A DNA stretch of 64,000 nt from an uncultured Ectothiorhodospiraceae bacterium. Lineage in GTDB: Bacteria; Pseudomonadota; Gammaproteobacteria; UBA9214. The stretch's first letter is position 1, and every line of letters begins with the position of its first letter. The stretch lies in the NCBI GenBank assembly GCA_947258615.1, contig CAMYIX010000043.1, forward strand, positions 1,825 through 65,824. Direction: 5' to 3'. The translations under genes were made by a program, and so were the position numbers. The notes under the pieces were generated by a model. The model was not told the origin of the DNA. It saw only the letters and a list, made by a program, of their open reading frames with translations, and did no database searches. This document shows, in pieces, positions 45,671-56,322 of the stretch.

Positions 45671-46306
45671 CTACTCCATCAGCTTGTGCCGGTACTCGCA
45701 CAGGTCCGAAATCACGCATGACTGGCAACGCGGCTTGCGCGCAATGCAGGTGTAGCGACCGTGCAGGATCAGCCAGTGATGCGCATCGTGCAGGAATTCG
45801 CCGGGTACCAGGCGCAGCAGCCGCTGTTCGACCTCGGTGACATTCTTGCCGGGGGCGATGCCGGTGCGGTTGGCGACCCGGAAGATGTGGGTATCCACCG
45901 CAATGGTCGGTTGTCCGAAGGCCGTGTTGAGGACGACGTTGGCGGTCTTGCGGCCGACGCCGGGCAGGGCCTCCAGCGACTTGCGGTCCGCGGGGACCTT
46001 GCCGTTATGCCGCTCCTCCAGCAGGGTGCAGGCCTTGATGATATTGCGTGCCTTGGTATTGAACAGGCCAATGGTCTTGATGTGTTCCTTGAGTCCGTCC
46101 TCGCCCAGATCGAGCATGGCCCTGGGTGTCCTGACCTTTTTGAACAGGCCCCGGGTGGCCTTGTTGACACCGACATCGGTGGACTGGGCCGAGAGGATGA
46201 CCGCGATCAGCAACTGGAAAGGGTTGCCGTATTCGAGTTCCGTGGTCGGTTTCGGGTTGGCCGCGCGCAGGCGTTCGAAGATTTGCTGGCGTTTGTCGCG
46301 GTTCAC
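45671..46306 (-). CDS. nth: Endonuclease III
   Basis: GTG start at 46306, 20 nt after the rnfE stop, gives 211 aa. The helix-hairpin-helix LPGVGRKTANVVL is present, as is the C-terminal CX6CX2CX5C cluster (CIARKPRCQSCVISDLC). Confidence 0.9.
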   Translation of the reverse strand: MNRDKRQQIFERLRAANPKPTTELEYGNPFQLLIAVILSAQSTDVGVNKATRGLFKKVRTPRAMLDLGEDGLKEHIKTIGLFNTKARNIIKACTLLEERHNGKVPADRKSLEALPGVGRKTANVVLNTAFGQPTIAVDTHIFRVANRTGIAPGKNVTEVEQRLLRLVPGEFLHDAHHWLILHGRYTCIARKPRCQSCVISDLCEYRHKLME

Positions 46307-46325
46307 AGTGGAGACGTGATGGTGC

Positions 46326-47015
46326 TCAGGCCTGGGAGGCCCGTGCCGCGTCCAGGTCCCGGGCAAGCGCGCGTTCCTCGCGCCGGGCATTGATGACATT
46401 CATCAGGGCGATCAGCAATCCGAGGCCGATGAAGGCGCCCGGAGGCAGTATTGCCAGCAGGAAGCCGCGATAGTCATCGATCAGTGTCATCGCCAGTGCC
46501 CGGCCCGATTCGCCGAACATCAGGTGGGCCTGTGAGAACAGGGTGCCCTGCCCGATCAGTTCGCGCATTCCGCCCAGGGCCACCAGCACCAGCGTGAACC
46601 CTACACCCATGGCCAGGCCGTCGATGCAGGCGCGGTCAACACTCTGCTTCGAGGCAAACGACTCGGCGCGCCCGATAATGGCACAGTTGGTGACGATCAG
46701 CGGGATGAAGATGCCGAGTATCAGGTAGAGGTCATGGAACCAGGCATTCATGGCCAGTTCGATCACGGTGACCACGGAGGCGATCACCAGCACATAAACC
46801 GGGATCCGGACCTCGGGACGCACCAGGTTGCGAATACTCGATACGATGACGTTGGTGGTGACCAGAGTGAGGGTCGTGGCCAGGCCCAGGCCCAGGCCGT
46901 TGACCAGTGAATTGGTGATTGCCAGCAGCGGGCACAGGCCCAACAGCTGTACCAGTCCCGGGTTGTTGTTCCAGAGGCCTTCCCTGATGATGTGTGTATA
47001 ACCCGGTTCAGTCAT
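46326..47015 (-). CDS. rnfE: Rnf/Rsx electron transport complex subunit E
   Basis: From ATG at 47015 the protein reads MTEPGYTHIIREGLWNNNPGLVQLLGLCPLLAITNSLVNGLGLG... Confidence 0.9.
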   Translation of the reverse strand: MTEPGYTHIIREGLWNNNPGLVQLLGLCPLLAITNSLVNGLGLGLATTLTLVTTNVIVSSIRNLVRPEVRIPVYVLVIASVVTVIELAMNAWFHDLYLILGIFIPLIVTNCAIIGRAESFASKQSVDRACIDGLAMGVGFTLVLVALGGMRELIGQGTLFSQAHLMFGESGRALAMTLIDDYRGFLLAILPPGAFIGLGLLIALMNVINARREERALARDLDAARASQA

Positions 47016-47037
47016 TGTGTTTCTGACCTGTGAAAAG

Positions 47038-47247
47038 CACCGCAAAGGCGCAACGATCGCAAAGAAATAATATTTCTCACCGCGGAGACGCCGAGGACGC
47101 AGAGTAAGAATTCCATGGTAAAAACCCTAACAATGAATTCTCTATTTAGATGGATGTTTTATCTGTTTCATTATTTATTTTTTCTCTGCGTTCTCGGTGT
47201 CTCCGCGGTGAATACTGTTGTGTTTTTCTTTGCGACTTTGCGGTGAG
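47038..47247. repeat. GCAGAG-type inverted-repeat element, copy C (compound form: outer GCAAAG arms plus inner GCAGAG arms)
   Basis: Outer left arm caccgcaaaggcgcaacgatcgcaaagaa (from 47038). Inner left arm tcaccgcggagacgccgaggacgcagag. Inner right arm ctctgcgttctcggtgtctccgcggtgaa. Outer right arm ttctttgcgactttgcggtgag (to 47247). Confidence 0.85.
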
Positions 47248-47882
47248 TGCCCTTTTTCATTTTCGGTGTCCAGGGAGAACAAGGCCTCGCGATGATCCCG
47301 GTAGTATAGCAGCGATTTCCTGACTGCCCCGACAATGGCGCGCGGCGTGATGGTCGCGCCGGTCAGCTGGTCGAAGTCGCCGCCGTCCTTGCTGACCTCC
47401 CAGCGGGCCGTCGGCGGGTTTTCCAGCGATTTCCCGTCGAAGCCGTAGATCCAGTCGGAACGTTCTTCCTCGATGGCATCACCGAGGCCGGGTGTCTCCC
47501 GGTGCGTGACAACCCGGACCCCGGTGAGGGTGCCGTCGTAGTTGATGCCGACCAGCAGCCGGATGGAGCCGCTGTAACCGTCAGGGGCGACCGGCGCCAT
47601 GACCAGGGCAACCGGCCGGCTGCCGCGGCGCGCGCGATAGACCATCACCGGTTCGGGCGTGCCCAGCAGGATTTCGTCCCGCACCTCCAGGGTATCCGCG
47701 AACAGGTCATTGTCATGCTGTGCGGGGGGTGCCAGGACATGCAGCTTGCGCAGCAGTCTTTCGCGTTCATTGGCGGCGATCTGCTCGCGGGTACCGTCAT
47801 AGGTAACGGCGACCAGTCCGGTCCCGACAACAGCGAACAGGAACAGAATGACTGCGGTGATCGCGCTGCTGCGGTAATTCAC
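47175..47882 (-). CDS. rnfG: Rnf/Rsx electron transport complex subunit G (FMN-binding); C-terminal tail encoded by repeat copy C
   Basis: MNYRSSAITAVILFLFAVVGTGLVA...GYSGSIRLLVGI...ETPGLGD...DQLTGATITPRA. The last roughly 23 codons (SPQSRKEKHNSIHRGDTENAEKK) and the stop lie inside 47038-47247. Confidence 0.85.
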   Translation of the reverse strand: MNYRSSAITAVILFLFAVVGTGLVAVTYDGTREQIAANERERLLRKLHVLAPPAQHDNDLFADTLEVRDEILLGTPEPVMVYRARRGSRPVALVMAPVAPDGYSGSIRLLVGINYDGTLTGVRVVTHRETPGLGDAIEEERSDWIYGFDGKSLENPPTARWEVSKDGGDFDQLTGATITPRAIVGAVRKSLLYYRDHREALFSLDTENEKGHSPQSRKEKHNSIHRGDTENAEKK

Positions 47883-47888
47883 GCTGGC

Positions 47889-48905
47889 CTACGGTTGTCC
47901 GAACACCCGGGGGCGGGTGTAGTGGTCGATGGTCGGGGCCGCCATGTTCATCAGCAGCACGGCAAAGGCCACGCCGTCGGGGTAGCCGCCCCAGGTGCGA
48001 ATCAGGTAGGTGAGTATGCCGATACCGGCACCGTAGATCAGCCGTCCACGCGGGGTGGTGCTGGCGGAGACGGGGTCGGTGGCGATGAAAAAGGCGCCCA
48101 GCATGGCGGCGCCGCTGAACAGGTGAAAGACCGGTGAGGTAAAGCTGTCCGGGTTGAACAGGTGGAACACCAGTGCCGTCGCAAACAGCCCGCCGAGCAT
48201 GCCGGCGGGTATCTGCCACTGGATCACCCTGGCCTGCAGCAGCCAGAGTCCACCTAGCAGGAAGCCGAGATTGACCCACTCCCACGCCCGGCCACCGAAG
48301 TAACCGAACAAAACCGTGCTGTGGATTTCGCCCAGGGTCTCGTTAAGCCCGAGGCGTGTCTTGATAGTGTCCATGGGTGTTGCCATTGACAGTGCATCCA
48401 GGCCGGCGCCGGCGCGCGCGGTCTCGGTGAACGCCAGTGCCAGGGTGTCCAGCAGGCCGGGGTAATTGCCGGGCGCCGACCACTGGGTGAGTTCCAGCGG
48501 GAACGAGATCAGCAGGACCACGTAACCGGCCATGGCGGGATTGAAGGGGTTGTAGCCCAGGCCGCCGTAGAGCTGTTTCGCAACCACGATAGCGAACAGC
48601 GTGCCGACCACGGGGATCCACCAGGGGGTCAGTGGCGGCAGCGCCAGGGCCAGCAGGACGGCGGTCAGCAGGGCGCTGCCGTCCAGCAGGGTCACTAGGA
48701 CGGGACGCCGGCGCAACCTGAGCATCAGGGCCTCCGCGGCAATGGCTGTGAGCGCGGCGAGCAGGACATTGATGAGTATGCCCCAGCCGAACAACCACGC
48801 GGCGCAGGCGGCCCCGGGCAGCAGTGCCAGCAGGACCTTCTGCATCATGGCCGCGACATCTTCGGAAACCGGCAGATGCGGCGAGCTGTAGGTGTTGAAT
48901 TTCAT
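47889..48905 (-). CDS. rnfD: Rnf/Rsx electron transport complex subunit D
   Basis: MKFNTYSSPHLPVSEDVAAMMQKVLLALLPG...ATDPVSASTT, 338 aa. Confidence 0.9.
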   Translation of the reverse strand: MKFNTYSSPHLPVSEDVAAMMQKVLLALLPGAACAAWLFGWGILINVLLAALTAIAAEALMLRLRRRPVLVTLLDGSALLTAVLLALALPPLTPWWIPVVGTLFAIVVAKQLYGGLGYNPFNPAMAGYVVLLISFPLELTQWSAPGNYPGLLDTLALAFTETARAGAGLDALSMATPMDTIKTRLGLNETLGEIHSTVLFGYFGGRAWEWVNLGFLLGGLWLLQARVIQWQIPAGMLGGLFATALVFHLFNPDSFTSPVFHLFSGAAMLGAFFIATDPVSASTTPRGRLIYGAGIGILTYLIRTWGGYPDGVAFAVLLMNMAAPTIDHYTRPRVFGQP

Positions 48906-48911
48906 GAATGC

Positions 48912-50597
48912 TCAGTGTTCCCCGGGTGGTGACTTGTGCCGGCGACGCCTGTCGACTTCCCTGACCTTCTCAGCCTGTTCGGCGGTGAGATTATCCACGT
49001 TTTTCTGGACAATGCCTTTGCGCTCCTTTTTCTTTTTCACCCGCTCCAGCGCTGCCTGGATCGCGGCCTGCTTGGCATCCAGGCGGGCACTGTCACTGCC
49101 GGAGACCGCCTTTTTCCTGCGTGCCAACCGCTCGGCCCGCTCGCGCTTGATGCGCTCCAGGCGCTCCTGGTGCGCCTGGTGACGGTCACGGGCGATGTCC
49201 GCGGCCTGTTTCTGCTTTTCGTCGTTCCAGATTTCGGTCTTGGCGTGGCGATAGTACTGCACCAGCGGTATATGGCTTGGGCATACATAGGCGCAGCAGC
49301 CGCATTCGATGCAGTCAAACAGATTGTAGTCCTGGGCCGCGTCCAGGTTACCGCTGCGCGCATACCAGTAAAGTTGCTGGGGCAGCAGGTCGGCCGGGCA
49401 GGCCTCGGTGCATTTGCCGCAGCGGATACAGGGCAGCGCGGCTGCGGGCGGCGGCATCTCTTCACGGGTGACGGCCAGGATGCAGTTGGTGGCCTTGATG
49501 ACCGGGACCGCGTCCGTACTGACGGCAAAACCCATCATCGGCCCCCCCATCAGCAGGCGGTCAACGTCGTCGCTGTAACCGCCGCTGGCCGCGATCGCGT
49601 GACTGAACGGGGTGCCGATAAGCACCTCGAGGTTGCGCGGCTGGTTCACGCCGGCCCCGGTGACGGTCACGATCCTGGAAATCAGGGGATGGTTGCGCGC
49701 CACGGCGCGGTAGACGGCGGCGGCGGTGCCGACGTTCTGGCAAATGATGCCGATATCGGACGGGAAGCCCTGGCTGGGCACCTCGCGCCCCGTCAGTACC
49801 TTGATCAGCTGGCGCTCGCCACCGCTGGGGTAGCGTTGCGGCACGCTGACGACCTGGATGCCGGTATCCGCGGAGGCTCTCAGCGCCTCGCGCAAGGCCC
49901 TCTCGGCCTCCTGCATGTCGGCCTCGACGGCGATGACGCAGTCACGCGGTTGCAGGATATGCCGCAGGATCCTGGTACCTTCGAGCAATTCCCCGGTCCT
50001 TTCCTGCAGCAACTGGTTGTCACAGGAAATATAAGGCTCGCACTCGACGCCGTTGATCAACAGCAGGTCGACACGGTCATCGGTGCCACTGGCCAGTTTT
50101 ACCTGGGTCGGAAATCCCGCGCCCCCAAGTCCGACAATCCCCGCCGCGCGGATGTGGTCCAGCAGCCTGACCGGGGACAGCTGGCGGTAGTCTGGCAGGC
50201 TATGTGGGTGCCCGCCCCATTCGTCCCTGCCATCGGTCTCGATGACCACGCTGGGGAAACTGAGCCCCGAGGGGTGCGGGAAGGGACGCTCTTCCAGCGC
50301 AACGACCGTGCCGGAGCTGGAGGCGTGCACCGGTACACTCACATTGCCTCTGGGTGCGGCGATTATCTGGCCCTTGTGAACAGGGTCCCCTACTTTTACC
50401 AGGCACTCCGAGGTTTCGCCGATATGCTGCAGCAGCGGGATGACCAGGTGCGGTGGGATGCCCGCGGCCTTGATCGGCAGCACCGTGGATATCTCGTGCT
50501 GCCCCGGAAGCACCAGCCCGCCGTGGAAACGGTAGAGGCGTTCAAAACGGCCGGTCGTGCCCCGGTCGCCCGATTCGAGGTCGGTCACGGGGTCCAT
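48912..50597 (-). CDS. rnfC: Rnf/Rsx electron transport complex subunit C
   Basis: GIVGLGGAGFPT, two 4Fe-4S motifs (CIRCGKCTEACP and CIECGCCAYVCP) and a Lys/Arg-rich C-terminal tail. 561 aa. Confidence 0.9.
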   Translation of the reverse strand: MDPVTDLESGDRGTTGRFERLYRFHGGLVLPGQHEISTVLPIKAAGIPPHLVIPLLQHIGETSECLVKVGDPVHKGQIIAAPRGNVSVPVHASSSGTVVALEERPFPHPSGLSFPSVVIETDGRDEWGGHPHSLPDYRQLSPVRLLDHIRAAGIVGLGGAGFPTQVKLASGTDDRVDLLLINGVECEPYISCDNQLLQERTGELLEGTRILRHILQPRDCVIAVEADMQEAERALREALRASADTGIQVVSVPQRYPSGGERQLIKVLTGREVPSQGFPSDIGIICQNVGTAAAVYRAVARNHPLISRIVTVTGAGVNQPRNLEVLIGTPFSHAIAASGGYSDDVDRLLMGGPMMGFAVSTDAVPVIKATNCILAVTREEMPPPAAALPCIRCGKCTEACPADLLPQQLYWYARSGNLDAAQDYNLFDCIECGCCAYVCPSHIPLVQYYRHAKTEIWNDEKQKQAADIARDRHQAHQERLERIKRERAERLARRKKAVSGSDSARLDAKQAAIQAALERVKKKKERKGIVQKNVDNLTAEQAEKVREVDRRRRHKSPPGEH

Positions 50598-51178
50598 CAG
50601 CGCGCGGCGGCCTGTGTCCGGGCAGGTTCGGCCCGGCCGGTCGATTCATCTCCCGGCAACGGCCAGATCCAGTTGCTGATGGTCTGTCTGACCGTGACGA
50701 CCTCGATACACTCGACAGGGCAGGGTGGTATGCACAAATCGCAACCGGTGCACTCGGCCGCGATGACGGTATGCATCTGCTTGGCCGCACCGAGGATCGC
50801 GTCGACCGGGCAGGCCTGGATGCAGAGCGTGCAGCCGATGCAGGTCTGTTCGTCGATGACGACAACGGTCTTTTCCGAGTGCTCCCCGTGCTCGGGGTTC
50901 AGCGGTTTGGGGTCCTTACCAAGCAGGTCCGCCAGCGCCTGGATGGTACTCTCGCCACCTGGCGGGCACTGGTTGATATCGGCCGTACCGGTCGCGATGG
51001 CCTCGGCGTAGGGCCGGCAGCCGGGGTAGGTGCACTGGCCACACTGGGTCTGCGGCAGCAGTTTGTCGATCTGGTCGATCACCGGATCGCTCTCCACGCG
51101 GAAACGCACGGCCGCATAGCCCAGTACCAGGCCAATCAATGCGGCCAGCGCCCCGAGTGTCAGCAATGCGGTCAACAT
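50597..51178 (-). CDS. rnfB: Rnf/Rsx electron transport complex subunit B
   Basis: [21 protein letters not shown]...[16 protein letters not shown]...[16 protein letters not shown]. Confidence 0.9.
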   Translation of the reverse strand: MLTALLTLGALAALIGLVLGYAAVRFRVESDPVIDQIDKLLPQTQCGQCTYPGCRPYAEAIATGTADINQCPPGGESTIQALADLLGKDPKPLNPEHGEHSEKTVVVIDEQTCIGCTLCIQACPVDAILGAAKQMHTVIAAECTGCDLCIPPCPVECIEVVTVRQTISNWIWPLPGDESTGRAEPARTQAAAR

Positions 51179-51208
51179 GATCTGCGGGACACTGCCGGCT
51201 GGACCGGG

Positions 51209-51790
51209 CTAGCCCTTCACCAGCCCGGAAAAGCCCATGAAGGCGAGCGACATCAGGCCGGCGGTCACCAGGGCAATCGCGGAGCCGCGGAATGGGACCG
51301 GGACATCGGCGGCGGCGACGCGTTCGCGGATGGCCGAGAACAGGATCAGCACCATGGAAAACCCGGCGGCGGCACCGAAGCCATAGATCGCGGATTCCAC
51401 GAAATTATGTTTCAGCTGGGTATTGAGCAGCGCCACACCCAGGACGGCGCAGTTGGTGGTGATCAGGGGGAGGAAGATGCCCAGCACCTTGTAGAGCAGA
51501 GGGCTCGTCTTGTGGACCACCATTTCGGTGAACTGCACGACGGCGGCGATGACCAGGATGAAGGTGATGGTGCGCAGGTACTCCAGTCCCAGGGGTTGCA
51601 GCAGGTATTCATTGGCAAGGTGGCTGCAGATGGACGACAGCGTCAGCACAAAGGTCGTGGCCAGCGCCATGCCCGTGGCCGTGTCCACGCTGCGCGAGAC
51701 CCCCATGAAGGGGCACAGGCCCAGGAACTTGACCAGGACGAAGTTGTTCACCAGCACGGTGCTGACCAGGATCAGGGCAAGTTCAGTCAT
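51209..51790 (-). CDS. rnfA: Rnf/Rsx electron transport complex subunit A
   Basis: [32 protein letters not shown]...[12 protein letters not shown], 193 aa. Confidence 0.9.
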   Translation of the reverse strand: MTELALILVSTVLVNNFVLVKFLGLCPFMGVSRSVDTATGMALATTFVLTLSSICSHLANEYLLQPLGLEYLRTITFILVIAAVVQFTEMVVHKTSPLLYKVLGIFLPLITTNCAVLGVALLNTQLKHNFVESAIYGFGAAAGFSMVLILFSAIRERVAAADVPVPFRGSAIALVTAGLMSLAFMGFSGLVKG

Positions 51791-51832
51791 GCTGCGGTTT
51801 CATAGTCAGTGATCGAAAATAACAAGCATGGA

Positions 51833-52045
51833 TTCACCGCAAAGACGCAAAGGACGCAAAGACAAAATAGTCATTACCGCGGAGACGCGGAGAACGCAGA
51901 GCAAGAATTCCAGTGTGAAAACCCGAATAATTTATACTGTTTTTTGATGGATGTTTTGTCTGTTCCATTATTTACTGTTTTCTCTGTGTCCTCCGCGTCT
52001 CCGCGGTGAAAAGTCTGTGTTTTTCTTTGCGCCTTTGCGGTTAAG
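51833..52045. repeat. GCAGAG-type inverted-repeat element, copy D (compound form)
   Basis: It has the same nested outer and inner arms as copy C. The spacer is visibly homologous to that of copy C (aagaattcca...gatggatgtttt.tctgtt.cattattta). Confidence 0.85.
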
Positions 52046-52067
52046 TTTTGACGTTTTCAGGTGAACA

Positions 52068-54104
52068 TTACTTGACCCGCATCCCCGGCTGGGCGCCGTC
52101 ATCGGGGTTGAGTATCCACAGGTCTTCGCCCCCGGGGCCAGCGGCCAGCACCATGCCCTCGGAAACACCGAAGCGCATCTTGCGGGGTTCCAGGTTGGCG
52201 ACCATGACCGTCAGGCGGCCCTCGAGTGCTTCCGGTGCATAGGCGGACTTGATGCCGGCAAATACGTTGCGGGTCTCGCCGCCGAGGTCCAGGGTCAGGC
52301 GCAGCAGCTTGTCGGCACCCTCGACGTGTTCGGCTTTCGCGATGCGGGCAATGCGCAGGTCAACCCTGGCGAAGTCGTCAAAGTTGATGGTCTCCGCAAT
52401 CGGGTCGTCCTGCAGGGGGCCGCTGGCGGACCGGGTCCCACTGTCGTTGTTTCCGAGGCTGTGTTTTGAATCTTCCATCATGGCGTCTACCTTGTCCTGT
52501 TCCACACGTGTCAGCAGAGGTTTGAACGGTTTGATGATGTGGCCTGTCAGCGGGGTCGCCACGTCATCCCAGCGCATCGCCGGGATATTGAGAAAGGTCT
52601 CTACCTGGCGCGTCATCACCGGCAGCACAGGCGCCAGGTAGGTGGCCAGTACCCGGAACAGGTTGAGCCCGACGCTGCAGACCTGCTGCACCGTCTGTTC
52701 CTGGCCTTCCTGCTTGGCCAGCACCCACGGCTTGTTGGCGTCGATGTACTGATTGGCCCTGTCGGCCAGTGCCATGATCTTGCGGACGGCATGGCCGTAC
52801 TCGCGCGCCTCGTAGTCTGCGGCGATTGCCGCGCCGGCGTCGGCAAATTCCACATACAGTTCCGGTTCGGCGCAGGTGCCTGACAGTTCCCCGCCGAAAC
52901 GCTTGTTGATGAAGCCCGCGCAGCGGCTGGCGATGTTGACGACCTTGCCCACCAGGTCGCTGTTCACCCGCTGCACGAAGTCCTCTAGGTTCAGGTCCAG
53001 GTCGTCGATGCCGCTGCCCAGCTTGGCTGCGAAATAATAGCGCAGGTATTCGGGATTCAGGTGATCGAGGTAAGTGCGCGCCTTGATGAAGGTGCCGCGC
53101 GACTTGGACATCTTCTGGCCGTCGATGGTCAGGAAGCCGTGGGCAAACACCGCGCTCGGCGTACGCATGCCGGCGCCGGCCAGCATGGCGGGCCAGAACA
53201 GGGTATGGAAGTAGATGATGTCCTTGCCGATGAAATGGTACAGCTCGGCCTCGCTGTCCCGGGCCCAGTAGGCATCGAAGTCACGGCCGCTGCGCTCGCA
53301 CAGGTTTTTGAAGCTGGCCATGTAGCCGATGGGTGCGTCCAGCCAGACATAGAAGTACTTGTCCGTGGTGTCCGGGATGCGGAAGCCGAAGTAGGGCGCA
53401 TCCCGGGAGATGTCCCACTCGCGCAGCCCCTGTTCGAACCACTCATTGAGCTTGTTGGTGACTTCGTCCTGCACATGGTCTGCCGAGGTCCAGTCGCGCA
53501 GCAGCGGTTCGAAATCCGCCAGCTTGAAAAAATAATGCAGTGATTCGCGCTCGACCGGGGTAGTCCCGGACACGACCGACACCGGGTTCTTCAACTCCGT
53601 GGGCGTGTAGGTGGCGCCGCAGGTCTCGCAGCTGTCACCGTGCTGGTCGCTGGCGCCGCAGCGCGGGCACTCGCCCTTGATGAAGCGGTCCGGCAGGAAC
53701 ATCTCCTTTACCGGGTCATAGGCCTGGGTGATGGTGCGGCTGGTGATGTGGCCGGCGTCCAGGTGGCGCCGGTAGACCAGTTCCGCCAGCTCGCGGTTCT
53801 CCGGCGAGTGGGTGCTGTAGTAGTTGTCGAAGACGATGTGGAAGTCCCTGAAATCGGCCTGGTGTTCCTCCCCGACCGTGGCAATCAGTTGCTCCGGCGT
53901 GATGCCCTCCTGTTCCGCACGCAACATGATGGGCGTGCCATGTGCATCATCGGCGCAGACATAGACGCAGTCGTGGCCACGCAGTTTCTGGAAACGTACC
54001 CAGATATCCGTCTGGATGTATTCCACCAGGTGCCCCAGGTGGATGGGGCCGTTGGCATAGGGCAGGGCACTGGTGACCAGCAGGGTGCGTTTATTCTGGC
54101 TCAT
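52068..54104 (-). CDS. metG: Methionine--tRNA ligase
   Basis: [16 protein letters not shown] (HIGH motif), KMSKS, a Zn knuckle ([18 protein letters not shown]) and a C-terminal tRNA-binding domain. 678 aa. Confidence 0.95.
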   Translation of the reverse strand: MSQNKRTLLVTSALPYANGPIHLGHLVEYIQTDIWVRFQKLRGHDCVYVCADDAHGTPIMLRAEQEGITPEQLIATVGEEHQADFRDFHIVFDNYYSTHSPENRELAELVYRRHLDAGHITSRTITQAYDPVKEMFLPDRFIKGECPRCGASDQHGDSCETCGATYTPTELKNPVSVVSGTTPVERESLHYFFKLADFEPLLRDWTSADHVQDEVTNKLNEWFEQGLREWDISRDAPYFGFRIPDTTDKYFYVWLDAPIGYMASFKNLCERSGRDFDAYWARDSEAELYHFIGKDIIYFHTLFWPAMLAGAGMRTPSAVFAHGFLTIDGQKMSKSRGTFIKARTYLDHLNPEYLRYYFAAKLGSGIDDLDLNLEDFVQRVNSDLVGKVVNIASRCAGFINKRFGGELSGTCAEPELYVEFADAGAAIAADYEAREYGHAVRKIMALADRANQYIDANKPWVLAKQEGQEQTVQQVCSVGLNLFRVLATYLAPVLPVMTRQVETFLNIPAMRWDDVATPLTGHIIKPFKPLLTRVEQDKVDAMMEDSKHSLGNNDSGTRSASGPLQDDPIAETINFDDFARVDLRIARIAKAEHVEGADKLLRLTLDLGGETRNVFAGIKSAYAPEALEGRLTVMVANLEPRKMRFGVSEGMVLAAGPGGEDLWILNPDDGAQPGMRVK

Positions 54105-54303
54105 CGGGCTTTTTTCTGGTTAAAACCATGAAACATGTATGAATATTCAAGGGGCTAAGTATGCCATAGACCCGCCGCCAGTGTGGTACCAGGCCGCCAG
54201 CGCAGCGGGACGCTAGGTTGAAGTTCGTGTACAATGCGCGGTCAATTTTGACCCGATCCATTGAGGGTGTTGTCCGGTAAAGCGCCCTCCCAGGAGTAAA
54301 TCA

Positions 54304-55395
54304 ATGGCTGATGTAACCGAATCCCTGATTGAAGAAAAGCTGTCATCCTATGTCGATCCCTATCTCGAGCGGGATCTGGTCTCTGCCAAATGCGTGAAAA
54401 GCATCGCCGTCGATGGCGACACCGCCAAGGTCGATGTGGTACTCGGGTTTCCCGCTGCCGGCTATCGGGAACAGCTGGCGAACTCGCTGAAACAGCTGGT
54501 CGAATCCATTGATGGCATCAGCAGCGCGAGCGTCGATGTCTCCAGCAAGATCGCCGCGCACGCCGTGCAGAAGGGCGTCAAGCACATAGACAACATCAAG
54601 AACATCATCGCCGTTGCCTCCGGCAAGGGTGGCGTGGGCAAGTCCACCACGGCGGTCAACCTGGCCCTGGCCCTGTCCGCCGAGGGCGCCAGTGTCGGCG
54701 TTCTCGATGCCGATATCTATGGCCCCAGCCAGCCGCGCATGCTGGGTGTTCATGGCAAGCCGGAATCCAAGGATGGCAAGAGCCTGGAGCCCATGACCAG
54801 CTATCACCTGCAGGCCATGTCCATCGGCTTTCTGGTCGACGAAGAGACCCCGATGATCTGGCGTGGACCGATGGTCACCCAGGCCTTGCAGCAGCTGCTG
54901 AATGACACCAACTGGACGGACCTGGATTACCTGGTGGTCGACCTGCCGCCGGGCACCGGTGATATCCAGCTGACACTGGCCCAGCAGGTGCCGGTCAGCG
55001 GTGCGGTCATCGTCACCACCCCCCAGGACATCGCCCTGCTGGATGCACGCAAGGGCCTGAAGATGTTCGAGAAGGTCGAGGTGCCGGTACTGGGTATTAT
55101 CGAGAACATGAGTATCCATATCTGCAGTGAATGCGGCCACGAGGAACACATCTTTGGCGAGGGCGGCGGTGAGCTCATGTCCGAGCAGCACAACGTCGAC
55201 TTCCTCGGCGCGCTGCCGCTGGACAAACGCATTCGCGAGGAAACGGACTCCGGCAAGCCCACCGTGGTGGCCGAGCCGGACAGTCGCATCTCGCAGATCT
55301 ACCGCGAAATCGCACGCCGCACGGCCGCCAAGCTGTCCCTGAAGACCAAGGACTACGCGGCGCGCTTCCCGCAGATCGTCATTCAGAACGACTGA
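54304..55395 (+). CDS. apbC: Iron-sulfur cluster carrier ATPase ApbC/Mrp
   Basis: VASGKGGVGKST Walker A and CSECGH; divergent from metG as in enterobacteria. 363 aa. Confidence 0.9.
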   Translation: MADVTESLIEEKLSSYVDPYLERDLVSAKCVKSIAVDGDTAKVDVVLGFPAAGYREQLANSLKQLVESIDGISSASVDVSSKIAAHAVQKGVKHIDNIKNIIAVASGKGGVGKSTTAVNLALALSAEGASVGVLDADIYGPSQPRMLGVHGKPESKDGKSLEPMTSYHLQAMSIGFLVDEETPMIWRGPMVTQALQQLLNDTNWTDLDYLVVDLPPGTGDIQLTLAQQVPVSGAVIVTTPQDIALLDARKGLKMFEKVEVPVLGIIENMSIHICSECGHEEHIFGEGGGELMSEQHNVDFLGALPLDKRIREETDSGKPTVVAEPDSRISQIYREIARRTAAKLSLKTKDYAARFPQIVIQND

Positions 55396-55405
55396 TCAAT
55401 AAAAT

Positions 55406-55583
55406 TTCACCGCAGAGACGCCGAGGACGCAGAGAAAGACATATAACAGGGAGAAATGTTAATTAGAAACAACGGCACGAAGACCGGTGGCATTCAGAAT
55501 GCCTCGATAATTGGTGGCCCTGTAAGAGAACAATTTTGAATCAATAAAGATTTTCTCTGCGCTCTCTGCGTCTCCGCGGTGAA
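55406..55583. repeat. GCAGAG-type inverted-repeat element, copy E (simple form)
   Basis: Arms ttcaccgcagagacgccgaggacgcagag (55406-55434) and ctctgcgctctctgcgtctccgcggtgaa (55555-55583). Confidence 0.85.
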
Positions 55584-55641
55584 TGACCCGCTTTAACAAA
55601 CCAGCCGGACCGAAATCCGGCGTTTCCATGGAATAGCTGAT

Positions 55642-56322
55642 ATGTCGATCAAGTCTGACAAGTGGATCCGGCGCATGGCCCAGGAACATGCCATGATCGA
55701 GCCGTTCGAGGCGGGGCAGGTGAGGCACAGTGAAGACGGCTCGCGCCTGGTTTCCTACGGCACCTCGAGCTATGGCTATGACATCCGCTGTTCCGACGAA
55801 TTCAAGATCTTCACCAATATCAACTCGGCAATCGTCGATCCCAAGAACTTCGACGCCAACAGCTTCGTGGACGTCAAGGCCGATGTCTGCATTATCCCGC
55901 CTAACTCCTTCGCCCTGGCGCGGACGGTCGAGTATTTCCGCATCCCGCGCAATGTCCTGACCATCTGCCTTGGCAAGTCGACCTATGCGCGTTGCGGCAT
56001 CATCGTCAATGTGACGCCGTTCGAGCCCGAGTGGGAAGGGCATGTCACCCTGGAGTTCTCCAACACCACACCGCTGCCGGCCAAGATCTATGCCAACGAG
56101 GGTGTGGCCCAGGTGCTGTTCCTGGAGTCGGACGAGGTCTGCGAGACCTCCTACAAGGACCGCGGCGGCGCCAGAAGGGCGTCACGTTGCCGAAGACCTG
56201 AACGGCCTGTTCACCGCAAAGGCGCAAAGGACGCAAAGAAAAAATCTGTTATTACCGCAGAGACGCAGAGAACGCGGAGTAAGGATTCAGAAGGTATTAC
56301 ATCAAAAGACGTTCTCGTGTAA
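55642..56322 (+). CDS. dcd: dCTP deaminase with a 3'-terminal frameshift relative to the family consensus
   Basis: [22 protein letters not shown]...[10 protein letters not shown]...[32 protein letters not shown]...SYKDRGG, then an aberrant tail. The conserved ending [13 protein letters not shown] is present in a different frame (56172-56201). Confidence 0.8.
   Translation: MSIKSDKWIRRMAQEHAMIEPFEAGQVRHSEDGSRLVSYGTSSYGYDIRCSDEFKIFTNINSAIVDPKNFDANSFVDVKADVCIIPPNSFALARTVEYFRIPRNVLTICLGKSTYARCGIIVNVTPFEPEWEGHVTLEFSNTTPLPAKIYANEGVAQVLFLESDEVCETSYKDRGGARRASRCRRPERPVHRKGAKDAKKKSVITAETQRTRSKDSEGITSKDVLV

Noticed and set aside
48936-51011. 691-aa plus-strand ORF (and 50771-51805, 344 aa) across rnfC/rnfB/rnfA
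   Set aside because: These are antisense to clearly identifiable Rnf subunits. They are open only because high GC suppresses stop codons.
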